Shown: positions 53,201 to 64,000 of the stretch, piece after piece
How the letters are laid out: each line of letters starts with the position of its first letter
How positions within the stretch are numbered: the stretch's first letter is position 1
From: Antedon mediterranea
Lineage: Eukaryota; Animalia; Echinodermata
Length of the DNA stretch: 64,000 nt
Direction of reading: 5' to 3'
Assembly (NCBI RefSeq): GCF_964355755.1
Contig: NC_092678.1
Coordinates: forward strand, 3,860,422-3,924,421
Made by a program: the position numbers and the translations under genes
Notes under the pieces: generated by a model
Told to the model about the DNA's origin: nothing
Seen by the model: only the letters and a program-made list of their open reading frames with translations
Databases searched by the model: none

Positions 53201-56200
53201 TGTGGATTCTCTCTTCACCTGGACATGCCACTATTGCATACTTTAAATAGCATTTTTAGTAAATTTGTTTCTGTATGTCAACGTTGATCAAAGTTAATAA
53301 TAACAGTAATCATTACCAACTATTGTGAAAGGGAAAACCAGTTTCAGCAAATGTCATACAGTATAAAAAGCTAGCAAATAACATGCATACGAGCTGCAAT
53401 AGCCAGTCAGTATACTGTGCCACCTTGTCTCACCTGAATATTGGCATCTAGGCCCATAGAATCCATATGCACAATCGCAACCACCCAGCTTCGTACATGA
53501 CGCCCCATGTAGACACTCTTCGGGGCACATATATTCCGGAGTTTGGGTAAAAAGCCGTGCTGTGCATGGAATGAAGGGATACATACAGTATGCAAAAATT
53601 GATATTTAGAACTTAAAATTGGGAAAAATAAATAATAATAATAATGGCCATTTTATATTTTTAGAAATTCATGATTGAATGAATGAATGATTGGAATTAT
53701 AACAGCCAGTGGAGTTGGCAAGATGGCAACCTTTCACTAGCAAAGTCTACTTCCACCCATATTAACCGTATCGTTAGCCGTAGGTTTGAAAATCTCCCAT
53801 AGGTTTATGGGTAATTGTTAAATAACAATAATAAGAATAACATTATTCATGAAATTGTTAATATACTTTGCGATTGCGGTCCCAGTCGTGAGCACAGGCT
53901 TGTGACAATTAGTTTAAGTGCATGTATACATTTTACTTCAAAAAAAGAACATTCACATTTTTCATGTAATCAGTATAAACCTTTTTGGTTGGTTTTTAAA
54001 TTCTATTTCCAAGTCAAAATATCGGCTACATTTCATTTTCAAACGACGACTTATTGACGAATTTGATTTGCCGAAAAGACAAAAATTGTGCTAGTTATTT
54101 CTTCTATAAACTCTTCCAGTTTTTATGCATGCAGAAGGGGTTAAGATTGTGGACAATTCCCTCTCTCACCAAATCCCCCAAATAACTTTATTTTAGTATA
54201 GATGTGTTTATTAGTTGATTCAAAATTAAATGTTTACATATGAAATGACTCGCTGTGTGTTAGGATGAACAAAATAATTAAAGGTAAAATTTTAATTATG
54301 ATTTAATAAACTGTTAGATTTGTTTGCATATAGCGCATGATAAATTATTATTTGTTTAAATATACAAGTAAAAATTAATTAACTCACCTTCTTTAGCTGA
54401 TGATCTGCACATCTCATCTTCATCCTCCCCATTGTGACAATGGTTTGTTCCATCACACATCAGTTCATTTGATATGCACACATACTCTGCACCAAATTGG
54501 CACGCATTATACATATCGCCACACTTCTCATCTGAGAAGAAAAATGATGTTTCCGATTAATTATTGGTTTCATCAATGAAATGCAATTCTTAGCCAGACT
54601 TGTTTATTTACTTGCTTGGAGGTGTGAGGTGTGGTAATCAAGCAAGAAGGTAATGAAGATAAGGATACGACTCACAACACTGTGCATAACATTGCATGAC
54701 AGCGCAAAAATCAATGTTTAACAAGACGATTGATAAAAATATTAAAATCGCTGCTCAATATACAAGAACGAAAATATGCATATTGGGATCATGTATATTT
54801 TTAAAAAGTGAAAGCCTATAAGCTTCCATTTTTGACCAGAATTATCAATGAAAATCACTTAATCCAATACACATGATAATGCTTGGCCCTGCATTGGTCC
54901 AATGTAGGAACAGATCTTTCGTAATTTACAGCAACATAAAACATCCTATTCATGATAAACAACCTTCATAAATGTTTTATGTATCAATAATTGATAACCA
55001 TCAACTCTCAACGGAAATTTCCATCATTGTCATAATTAATGATTGCCTATGTTTCTATAGACTACTATCTCACTTTATTTACAGGTAAATAAAGGGATAA
55101 ATATAGCTCAACCTTGGCTATTTCTAAACTGAAACAATAATATTAATAATAAACTTCTAGCTGTTAAATTTCAGAGACTATACGCATCACTGCACAGCAA
55201 ACCATGATAAAATGTGGAAATCCCCTTGTAAAATTTTCCACTCTATTGTTACTATACCAGCATACAATAGTACTATGAACATTAACAATAGCTTTAGTAG
55301 ATTTGACCAAATATATTCACTAAATAGAGGAAAAGAAATGACAAAGGGTTTTGATGGTAATAACAAATTTTGGTAATACTACAACAACAATGATTTAGTA
55401 AAATGTTACACAACTTACCTTTATTTTTCTGAACATATGCAAATGCAATTTGAATATTATCGCCTTTCTTAGCCTCCCCTATCCAGCGAATAAACATGAA
55501 ATTGCCGTCGGATAACAAAGATCGTCGATTATCGCGTTTTACATTACTATGTTTTGATGCTTCATTCTCAATCTTGATTTGAACTTTGGAATCTTCTGCA
55601 TCCCATACTTCTAATGTACTTCCACCCAATTCAATATCTGTTGAAGAATGTTCAATTCAATATAGAGTTTCAAAGATTTGAGAATTGGACTTTATAATTT
55701 CAATTAACTTAACTTTATTAGTATTATTCTATAATTACTGGGCATTTTGGTTTGCACTAAAAAAACGTAATCATATCTCCCAAATATGGTTTGGTTGGGC
55801 ATTTGTATGAGAATCGAGATACGCCATTGGAAAGAATATGTTTCTACCAACTGGGCTGAAATACAGATATGTCCTATGCAAATAAATTGGTCAGGCTTGA
55901 TATCCATTGGTTTGGAAAAAGAACCTCCAAAAACTATAGGCCTACCAATAGTATCGTTAAATATAGATAGATAGATTTAAGTTTCTTACTTAAAAAGTTT
56001 AGCAGAATGTTAGAACCGACATTACACCGTATGTACCATGTGTAGTGGACCTTGTTGTTTTGCGACACACTAGCTTCTTGATGGAGAGCAAATTTCTGAT
56101 CTATCAGACCACCATAGTATGGTGATACAGTCTCAGCCCCAATATCTAAATAAGTAAGTAAAATAATTAGAATTGCATTGACCGATGAAATTTCAGTTTC

Positions 56201-59200
56201 AAACTGTACTGAAATGTGAATGTCATATTCCATCTTGTCATATCTACACTTTTAAATTAAATTTTGTTTTAGCAAATCTTATAATGACCAATTGATGGTT
56301 TGACCTCGATCAGGACGGTTTTATCTTTGGATCGCTCAAGCATGAACTAGTAAGATCATTCGGATCATGGATTCTGCTGGATATTCACCTCTATTTTTTA
56401 TTCCCTGTGCCAAGTTTTTTTTTTCAAGTTGAACATTTTATCTTTAAGTTTGATCATGTAAAGTAAAATGAATTTATCTCACAGTACAGGTGACCCTGGA
56501 AGTCATAGGTCATTTGAATGTTTGGCTTTTAAAGTATATTTGTGAAGTTCAGCTTTAAAAAAAAATACCATGTATTGACACATTCAAAATTTGGACAATT
56601 ATGGAAAACCAACCCACTACATATCGGTTGTTTATCGGTTGTTATGTTATCTTTTAAACTTAACCCAATTAGGTTTACTTAACCACCATGCCGTAGCACC
56701 CCCCCCCCCCCCAACTCCCCATAATGTGCAGCACGTGGACTTGCTTTGTTATTAATACTTTGTCTTTTAAAGCTTTTAATTGTAATTTTACTTCAGTTTT
56801 GTTTTCTTTGTCATAAATTTCTAACGAAACTCAATAAATTGATGTAACAGAAATCGACAGGAAAGCTATCAGCAACATTAGTTCTTTAAGCAATCAAACT
56901 AAAGTTTAGATAAAAGCATCATCAATCACGATAGAGCATGTTTAAATCCAGTTAAGACGCTAACGACGTACTAGATACATCCAGTGATTTAATCTGTTTG
57001 CAGAATGATTGCTTCCTTTTGGCAATTTCCAATACTTTCTTTCTATAAATATTGTATCATAATCTCGCTAATACAGGTAACTCTTTGCATTAAGATAGCG
57101 AAGTTGTAGCTTGCAAACGAAATAAACGCCATTGTTAATAAACTTTAAATGTTAAACTCCTAGAGGCAAACTGCCTTTCGTGTTAACAATCTAGTTTATT
57201 TTTCAGTTTTACGCGATTCTTGGACGCGATTTATAATACAGTAGAATTACACAACTTATTTTTTTGTAAAACATTTAGAATGTAGAAGTATTAGGATGGT
57301 TTTTAGTATATAATTAGTCAATTTATTTTGTGAGTCACCAATTTCTGAATATAGATATTGTATGCAATGGCATCAACTATAGGTGCACTAATCAGACATA
57401 TATTTGAATATCAGGGTGGATTTGTTGACGAATGGGAATATGGTATACTCTACCAACCACCAAACGCACATTATCAGGTACTAAACTTAGAAGAAAAGAT
57501 AATTCCAACTCTTATCTGTACATTATTTGACTTGAATGGATAAAAATAAATCGCCTCACCTATCTTTACCTGTTATTTATAGCTTATAATAATTTGTATA
57601 AATAACAGTGGATGATAATAAGTGTTAGTACACACCATAGTATCTTATTCAATAATAATAGTATATCACTCAGCCCTGTATAAACTACTGTTTGCAGAAA
57701 GGTATGATAGGTGATGTAATATATTATATATTATATAATACAGTAATTTCAGCACACTTCTTCTGGATGATAGAATGTGGACTTAACACATGCTTAAAAT
57801 AAACGTTCTTGATGAGTAAGCACCTCATGAGTTATATTAAGAGAAATGAATCATGGTAACATATGGAATCGTTCTTACATTTGTCTGAACGCTCCCAGGC
57901 CACTTGCTGAGCTGCTGAGAGAAACTTGTAGTAGGCTTTGAAGCCGATGTGATGGTTGCGTGTTGACCGGTACAATTCTAATGTTAAATCTACTGTTGAT
58001 GAATTGTGGACTCGTGGTTGCGGACCTTTATATGAAAAGTATGTAGCCGAATCGTTTGATATCTTTACAAGAAAACAAAAAAAATGTGTAATATTTAAGT
58101 ATAGTGTGTAAACTAATTGCTACTCTTTCAATGTTTATACTAAACAAAGACCATTGAATTTTCTTGTCTAACCAAATCAATAAGAATACTAATGAAATAT
58201 TTTCAATTTTGTTTACAACTATTAATTCCAGTAATTCCAGATAACCATTGGTGCATGTTACCAAATTACATAACTTTCATTTTGTCTTTTTAAATAAGAA
58301 AGATTTTCTTTGCTTTTGTGATAAAATAACAAAAACAAGCGAACAAAATATTGTGAATGTTACATTAATTAATTGATAACATAATATGAATATGAACAGT
58401 ACATTGGTATTTATAATCAATTGTATGTTCTATTTTTAGAAATCCTGTAATTGATTTAACAAAATTAGCCTATGAACGCTGCGAGCATTATTGACCCATT
58501 ACTGATGTTGACATTTTTTTGGTATGTTCTATAGCACAATGAATTCAACTGTACTTTAGACGTTCTTAACATTCCAACATTAAAATATTCATGTGAATTT
58601 ATATATGCACATTGTATTGGGTAGTACAGTAGTAGCCATTTTGTTTGGTTGAAAGCAATAAAAAATAATTTAGTTTTCTCTGATTGCAGGTTTTGCTCAA
58701 TTTGTTTAGTTTGTTCCAATGCCATTTTCAAGTTAAATGTTAAGAAATCCAGAAAAAACTTACTTTTAACGTATCTCCTTGACGAAGCGTTCCATTATCA
58801 TTCAAGTAAAAATAATCAAAATAAATAAGTATTGCACCATGTTTATCCTCATTCTTTAACCTGTAGATACATTTTAAATCTCTCCTAATTGTTCGTTTTG
58901 GTGATAAGAAATAATCAGAATCTATAGTAAAATCAACATCATCTGTCGTTGACGGACTTCCCGAGTATACTCCACCACAGGCATCTGAAAAGAAAGACAT
59001 CAACATCACTATTATAATCTGTGTTGGATTCACAAGATGACCATGGCAGACATAGCATACATTTGGTTGCTATAAATCTCTTTAAAATCTCAACTGTAAA
59101 ATTTAAAAATGTTGCTGCCTTTTTTAAATGTTTTTTATTATCATGTTTTATATTGAGTACAGTAGTTTTTCTGTAGAAACAAATGAGTGTTTTAGAATCT

Positions 59201-61092
59201 AATCAACTAGATGGTTGAAATATATTTGTTTGTTTGTTTGTTTCAAGGATGGAACAAGGTAGGCTTACAGTAAACTTTCAATATACATTGCATTACTGTT
59301 GATATATAGCAATGTCATACTGGCATGTGACATTTACTAAGGAAATATTAAGATGCTGGTATCGCCTTCGCTATTAACATTTTATTGTTGACAGTATTTG
59401 GCGGTGAGCTTAGTATATCATGACAACAATTTAACTTGTGAGACCTTTCTAGTTCTATGGCAAGCTGATAGTCTGGCCACAAGTCAAGTATTACTAGCCA
59501 CGTGACTACAATTATAGGACATGACTAAAGACCTTCTTAAGAGATTCTTGTATGGTAAAGTCAAGAGTTCTAAAACAGATCTTTTGAGTATTTAATCAAA
59601 GGAGCGAGACAAACTTGAAAACACATAATAGTGTAAGCAAGAACATGTCACCTCTCCCCCACCCCTCCTGTCCCTAACTCATATCAATAATTATCCTGTC
59701 TCTAGGATTCTCTAGATACAGTAATCCACAAGCTCCTGCAGTACAGTAGGCAAGTTACTGCAGTACAGCAGGCAAGTTACTACAGTACAGTAGGTAAGCT
59801 CCTGCAGTTCAGTAGGTTATTATGGTTAGAGTAATATGCACAAGATTATGAGTTAATAATCATGTGCTAGAATAGGACTTCCTGCTGGTTGGCGTATGCT
59901 ATCAAAAGGAAATACAAGCATGTTGTCGGTAATGACTTAAATTTTTAAGTGTTTTCTTGAGTCTATTGGAACATGAAGCATACAGGATAAAAAAATCACT
60001 AAAAGGTTTAACTGTATTGTATTAATACTAATGTAATGAATTTGAATATATTTGTGTTACAGGTATATCTATTATCTTGGCTTTTTTTTCGCATTCTCAC
60101 ATATTTACTAATCTTTTTATCATTGGATGTGTATGAAATAAAAAATACGAAAAATTCAGTATATGAATGGACAGTTTAGAGTTTCTTTATGCATGTGAAT
60201 TTAGATTCTCATGTTCTTATATTTGTGAAGCCGGTTGTTGTTAAATGTTGTGTTTAAAAGAAAAACATTAATTAAGTGAAATTAATTATTTAATTCTTCA
60301 ATTTCTATTGTCAATCAAAGATAACAAATTTTTCTTTGTGGGGGCTAAGCAGGAAATAAATGTTATTTAAAAACAATAAATTTCCTTTAAAAAAATCTCT
60401 ATCATCAAATCCCTATTTTAAAACATCTTATTTAATATAATCCTTTTGCTGAAACAGATGTAAATTCGTACAACTGTATTGACCATTCAACTATATTGAC
60501 CATTCAACTATATTGACCCAGGGAGTTGTAAAATCAACTCCCTGATTGACCATTCGGTGTTTACAGAATACCAACAGAATACCAACCATAAGATTAATTG
60601 GCACTGTTCCAACTGAATTGGCTTACTGCCAATAAATGGTTTGTAGAATAAAAAAGTAACATCTTATTTAGGTAATTTCTAGTCCTGGGTGATGTTTAAA
60701 AACCTAAGGCAATTACTATGTTGTCAGTAACAAAAGCTTACTGTATTTAATATAATTAACTTCTAGAACAATTGGGTCAGGTCAAGTACTTTTGACCAAT
60801 ACCCCTGAAATGAGGTCAATCCATTTGTCCACTGTTGCTATGAGTAATAGAGTAATACTATATAGAAAATCCCTCTAAATATAAAGATCTGTTCCATTTC
60901 CCTTAAACCTCTAATACCTCTATAGTAGAACCCCTCCCCTCCCACCCTTCCACTTTTCTGATATAAGAACAAGTGGAAATACATGTTGAGGTGAAATATA
61001 ATAACACTCTTACCTGTACTATGAACAACAAACAAACAACTTATAAACAGCAATGTAAATACGGATGTTTTTCTTGTTATCATCACAGCCAT
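49815..61092 (-). CDS. Type I membrane protein: signal peptide, two divergent CUB-like domains, LDLa, EGF, TM, PY-motif cytoplasmic tail (~559 aa, 9 coding exons; Neto/LRP12-like architecture)
   Basis: join(complement 61014-61092, 58764-58984, 57879-58062, 55990-56145, 55419-55637, 54388-54531, 53434-53559, 51991-52149, 49815-50206) = 1680 nt, phase-consistent. CGG...C.Y.L...I.IYFDYFYL...D.L and GFKAYY (CUB); CISNELMCDGTNHCHNGEDE (LDLa); CPEECLHGASCTKLGGCDCAYGFYGPRC (EGF); IAAIIGGAVCIFFLLLLSCMACVAYI (TM); LPPCY and PPPY in the tail. Confidence 0.88.
51991..52149 (-). CDS. CUB/LDLa/EGF membrane protein exon 8 (transmembrane)
   Basis: GHYTNTYSNIAAIIGGAVCIFFLLLLSCMACVAYIRGPQPGRDINGIPQLISV. Confidence 0.9.
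53434..53559 (-). CDS. CUB/LDLa/EGF membrane protein exon 7 (EGF)
   Basis: ARLFTQTPEYMCPEECLHGASCTKLGGCDCAYGFYGPRCQYS. Confidence 0.88.
54388..54531 (-). CDS. CUB/LDLa/EGF membrane protein exon 6 (LDLa)
   Basis: DEKCGDMYNACQFGAEYVCISNELMCDGTNHCHNGEDEDEMCRSSAKE. Confidence 0.9.
55419..55637 (-). CDS. CUB/LDLa/EGF membrane protein exon 5
   Basis: NIELGGSTLEVWD...LSDGNFMFIRW...IQIAFAYVQKNK. Confidence 0.85.
55990..56145 (-). CDS. CUB/LDLa/EGF membrane protein exon 4
   Basis: YIGAETVSPYYGGLID...HYTWYIRCNVGSNILLNFL. Confidence 0.82.
57879..58062 (-). CDS. CUB/LDLa/EGF membrane protein exon 3 (CUB1 C-half)
   Basis: ISNDSATYFSYKGPQPRVHNSSTVDLTLELYRSTRNHHIGFKAYYKF... Confidence 0.82.
58764..58984 (-). 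CDS. CUB/LDLa/EGF membrane protein exon 2 (CUB1 N-half)
   Basis: DACGGVYSG...LKCIYRLKN...ILIYFDYFYL...GDTLK. Confidence 0.87.
59728..59816. repeat. 22-bp minisatellite, 4 copies
   Basis: Unit caagctcctgcagtacagtagg and variants. Confidence 0.85.
61014..61092 (-). CDS. CUB/LDLa/EGF membrane protein coding exon 1 (signal peptide)
   Basis: MAVMITRKTSVFTLLFISCLFVVHST; donor GTAAGA, phase 1. Confidence 0.8.
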
Positions 61093-61773
61093 TTTCTGTT
61101 GTCAAATACTGTAGTAAGCTAGCTGTATTAATCCTATATAAATAAAAAGGATTGGTAAAAGCAAGAAGTTACACATTGAATTAATCATGCTGGCGTAAAT
61201 CCAAATATTGATGTGTAAATGTGCCAATTTACATGGGTTGGCCAAAATGTGGTCCAGCTCGCAACATCAGCCAAATGATTAGCACACGCAATTAAGCATG
61301 TGATATTATTCCCAAAGCGATACAGCGATTTCTATGGAAATTTGCCCAACAACATTCAGCTTACAGCAGAGGTGGAATTATTAATTAGAAAACATAGCAG
61401 CATTAAGTGATTACTCTCGAAAATATTACTTTTAATTATTTATTAAACAATTTTTCTTAGAACTCATCAAAGCCAGTATAAGGGATGAATTCCAAGTACT
61501 GCAAACATTTTAATGTATTAAATTATCATAAATATATTGAACATATAGTACTAGTGAATTGATAGTAAGTGCTATCAGAACTGGGAAAGGAAATGCCAAT
61601 GTTGTATTTAGGATGTATTTACCGTAAGAGCGGAAGATGGCCATTGTTGGGATTTATTAAAGACCAGCGAGGAAGGAAGGTTAAATAGTCCGTACTACTG
61701 TGGTTCAGATTTAATCAGTCGTTTAAAATCAGTAACATTTAAGTTTACTAAGGGAAAGTAATTCAACTGCAAT

Positions 61774-61927
61774 CAGTGGCATAACGCACAGGGCAAAGCC
61801 TCTGGTTTAGCACTTCTAAGGGCACTCGTTGGGTAGTAGCATTGGACTGCTCATGCTCTGGGGCTTCTTGAGTTCTGGGGCCCCTGGGTTTAGCCAGTGA
61901 GTGCTCGACATAGCCGTTACACCACTA
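61774..61927. mobile_element. hAT-like MITE (copy 2 of the 5.2-kb family)
   Basis: Termini cagtggcataacg...cgttacaccacta form an imperfect TIR; interior matches 5211-5344. Confidence 0.7.
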
Positions 61928-63043
61928 CAATAAACATGCCTATACTCTAAAATTATAAATATTTCCCACATGTTCAACTGCTTAGCACCTCTCAGGCTTT
62001 AATAACAACCATTTTTGATGATTTACATCTTCTAAATTAATTGATTTAAATTGATACACTTGATGTGTCATTGAATATATAAACCTCTGGCATGATGGCT
62101 ATTTTGAGATGTACATTATTGATCTAAATTCACTGAGGAATAGACTGAGGTGACATACTGTATTAGTGGCAAGATAGACCCACTTATAAATCAATCTCTA
62201 TCAGCTGCTTATACCGTAATTACTATCACAAGGAATTATATACAGTATTTCTAACAACATACAAGACACAAGGAAGCAGTGTGTAAAATAGAATAAGGCG
62301 TCAGGATTTTGAATAAAGGGCCAAGAGGGCTTAACAATTGTAAAGGAAGGTCTAAATTTATTATTTTTGTATTACAAAATATTTCCTTTAAATCATAGTT
62401 ACAACTGCTAAAACTACTATGTTATAGTTATAAAAAGTAATGCTGCAGGTTTGAAGTTTTACATTTGCCAAAATATAAAAAAAAATAAGTAGCAATAAAT
62501 ATTGAGTTTTAAAAATTGTTTTGCTCACCAAGAGACTTCCTCTTATTAAAATTACAGTTAAAAAAAACTTGTTTAGGTATTCATATATGGCAGCGGTTTG
62601 TGTGCACAAAATATAGTGAGTAAATTTAAAAAAAGGAACATTCTTTCTTTAAAAATTCTTCTTTACAACTAACTAAGAACAATATGTGTTAATTAAATGC
62701 AGTTTCTTTAATTTCATGCAACATTCACTTACAATATAAAAGACAAACCACACTTAAGTCATTATAAAAAAAGATAATTGCCATGACTTATGACCATCCA
62801 ATAATCCATATGGTTTTATTAATTATTATATTTTAAATAACCTTGTGATGAAAATTTGGTTTCTACATTTGAAATTTGCGAGACAATTTTATGTTTCTAC
62901 ATAACTGGAGGTTTTTACATACACATGGTTACAGAGTGGGCTACATATTATAATTATTATTAATATCGGCTACATATAGTCAGTGATATGATTAATTGTA
63001 ACACTCATGCCTTAACCAAAACAATACACATAATAATACTTAC

Positions 63044-63335
63044 CACCAGCCGCGTGTTACAAATCCGGGCGGTGTTTCAGAAAAACAAAGTCTTTACTTA
63101 TCTAAAGCGAAAGAAAAAAGAGGGTATATTTCACAGAGATCCTCCCTTCTTACCAACTAAACACAACTGTTTTGCTTTAGAAATATCTCAGGCGTTTTGT
63201 TTACAAAAAACTGACCCACGATATATGATAATAACCTCCTATCGCGCCAACCGTATTTCTTTTATTTAGTCATAATTTAGAAACGTTGAAACGTAGTGGG
63301 CTGTGCCGAGATTCAAGCGATCTGATTGGCTGCCG
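63044..63335 (-). promoter_or_regulatory. Candidate 5' non-coding exon and promoter of the CUB/LDLa/EGF gene
   Basis: Strong minus-strand donor TG|GTAAGT at ~63043, CpG-enriched segment and CCAAT box (attgg ~63325). The ATG exon has an upstream acceptor (~61135) that needs such an exon. Confidence 0.45.
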
Positions 63336-64000
63336 TAGGTATGCGACACAAAATTTTCCATCACAGAATATGTAAGGTCAGTTTACTTCGGTTCATTACG
63401 TGTAAAAAATGGTATACTGTAGTACATTCTTCAGTTATTATGAGCTGTAAACATTGGACTTGATATGTGTATCCATTTCGTTTCATACAGTTCTTTTTTT
63501 GCAATGGGATAATTTTAATGAATAGGCCTGAATAAATAGAAACATTTTTGCTGCCCGATTACAATCTCAAAAAAAGCAATAGAAAATAAATGCTCATCAT
63601 TTTTCTTCATTCATCTTTTATTAATTCGGAATCTATCTCAATATGCATAGAAAGAAATCGCAACAAAGAAAATGAGAAAACAAAAAATATAAGGCCTATT
63701 AAAGAAGTTAATTACACTTGAAAAAATGCTTTATAAATATTGAAAAACTAAGAAAAATCTAGCTGAAGTTTTGTTTAGGTTTACCATTTTGAAAGCTGTT
63801 AACTAAAACCTAAATTTCCACAAAACTGTCAAAGATAAATAATTGTATAAAATGGTAGCAATATACTGCTACTTTTAACATTCCAGTACAATACCTGGTT
63901 TTGCATAACAGCAACTTCTTCCATTGTCAAGGTCTTAACCGTGACATTGTCATGATTTGGGCCTATTATGTAGGCCTAATCAGGCAAACTTCAGGACTTT

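Overview
AT-rich, intron-containing animal genomic DNA. It is probably from an invertebrate deuterostome such as an echinoderm; this is an inference from the Deu/Nin-type SINE and the repeat landscape. Four spliced protein-coding genes can be rebuilt by hand with consistent splice phases. (1) The 5' part of a synapsin gene on the minus strand: 5 coding exons, 9613->4301, continuing off the left edge. (2) A complete 11-exon, ~452-aa gene on the minus strand (40208->36262) encoding an N-terminal signal-anchor, a ZZ zinc finger and EF-hands; it resembles an uncharacterised, mainly fungal ZZ/EF-hand family and has one GC-AG intron. (3) NDUFA5 on the plus strand (41077->42800, 5 exons, 115 aa), head-to-head with gene 2. 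(4) A 9-exon, ~559-aa type I membrane protein on the minus strand (61092->49815) with two divergent CUB-like domains, LDLa, EGF, TM and a PY-motif tail. Non-coding DNA holds a truncated L2/CR1-group LINE, a tRNA-headed Deu/Nin-domain SINE, Penelope-like remnants with minimal hammerhead ribozyme motifs embedded in (TA)n tracts, a Helentron/HINE-like element, several MITEs and several minisatellites. Most ORFs in the supplied track are spurious. No database searches were run, so family assignments rest on recalled motifs.
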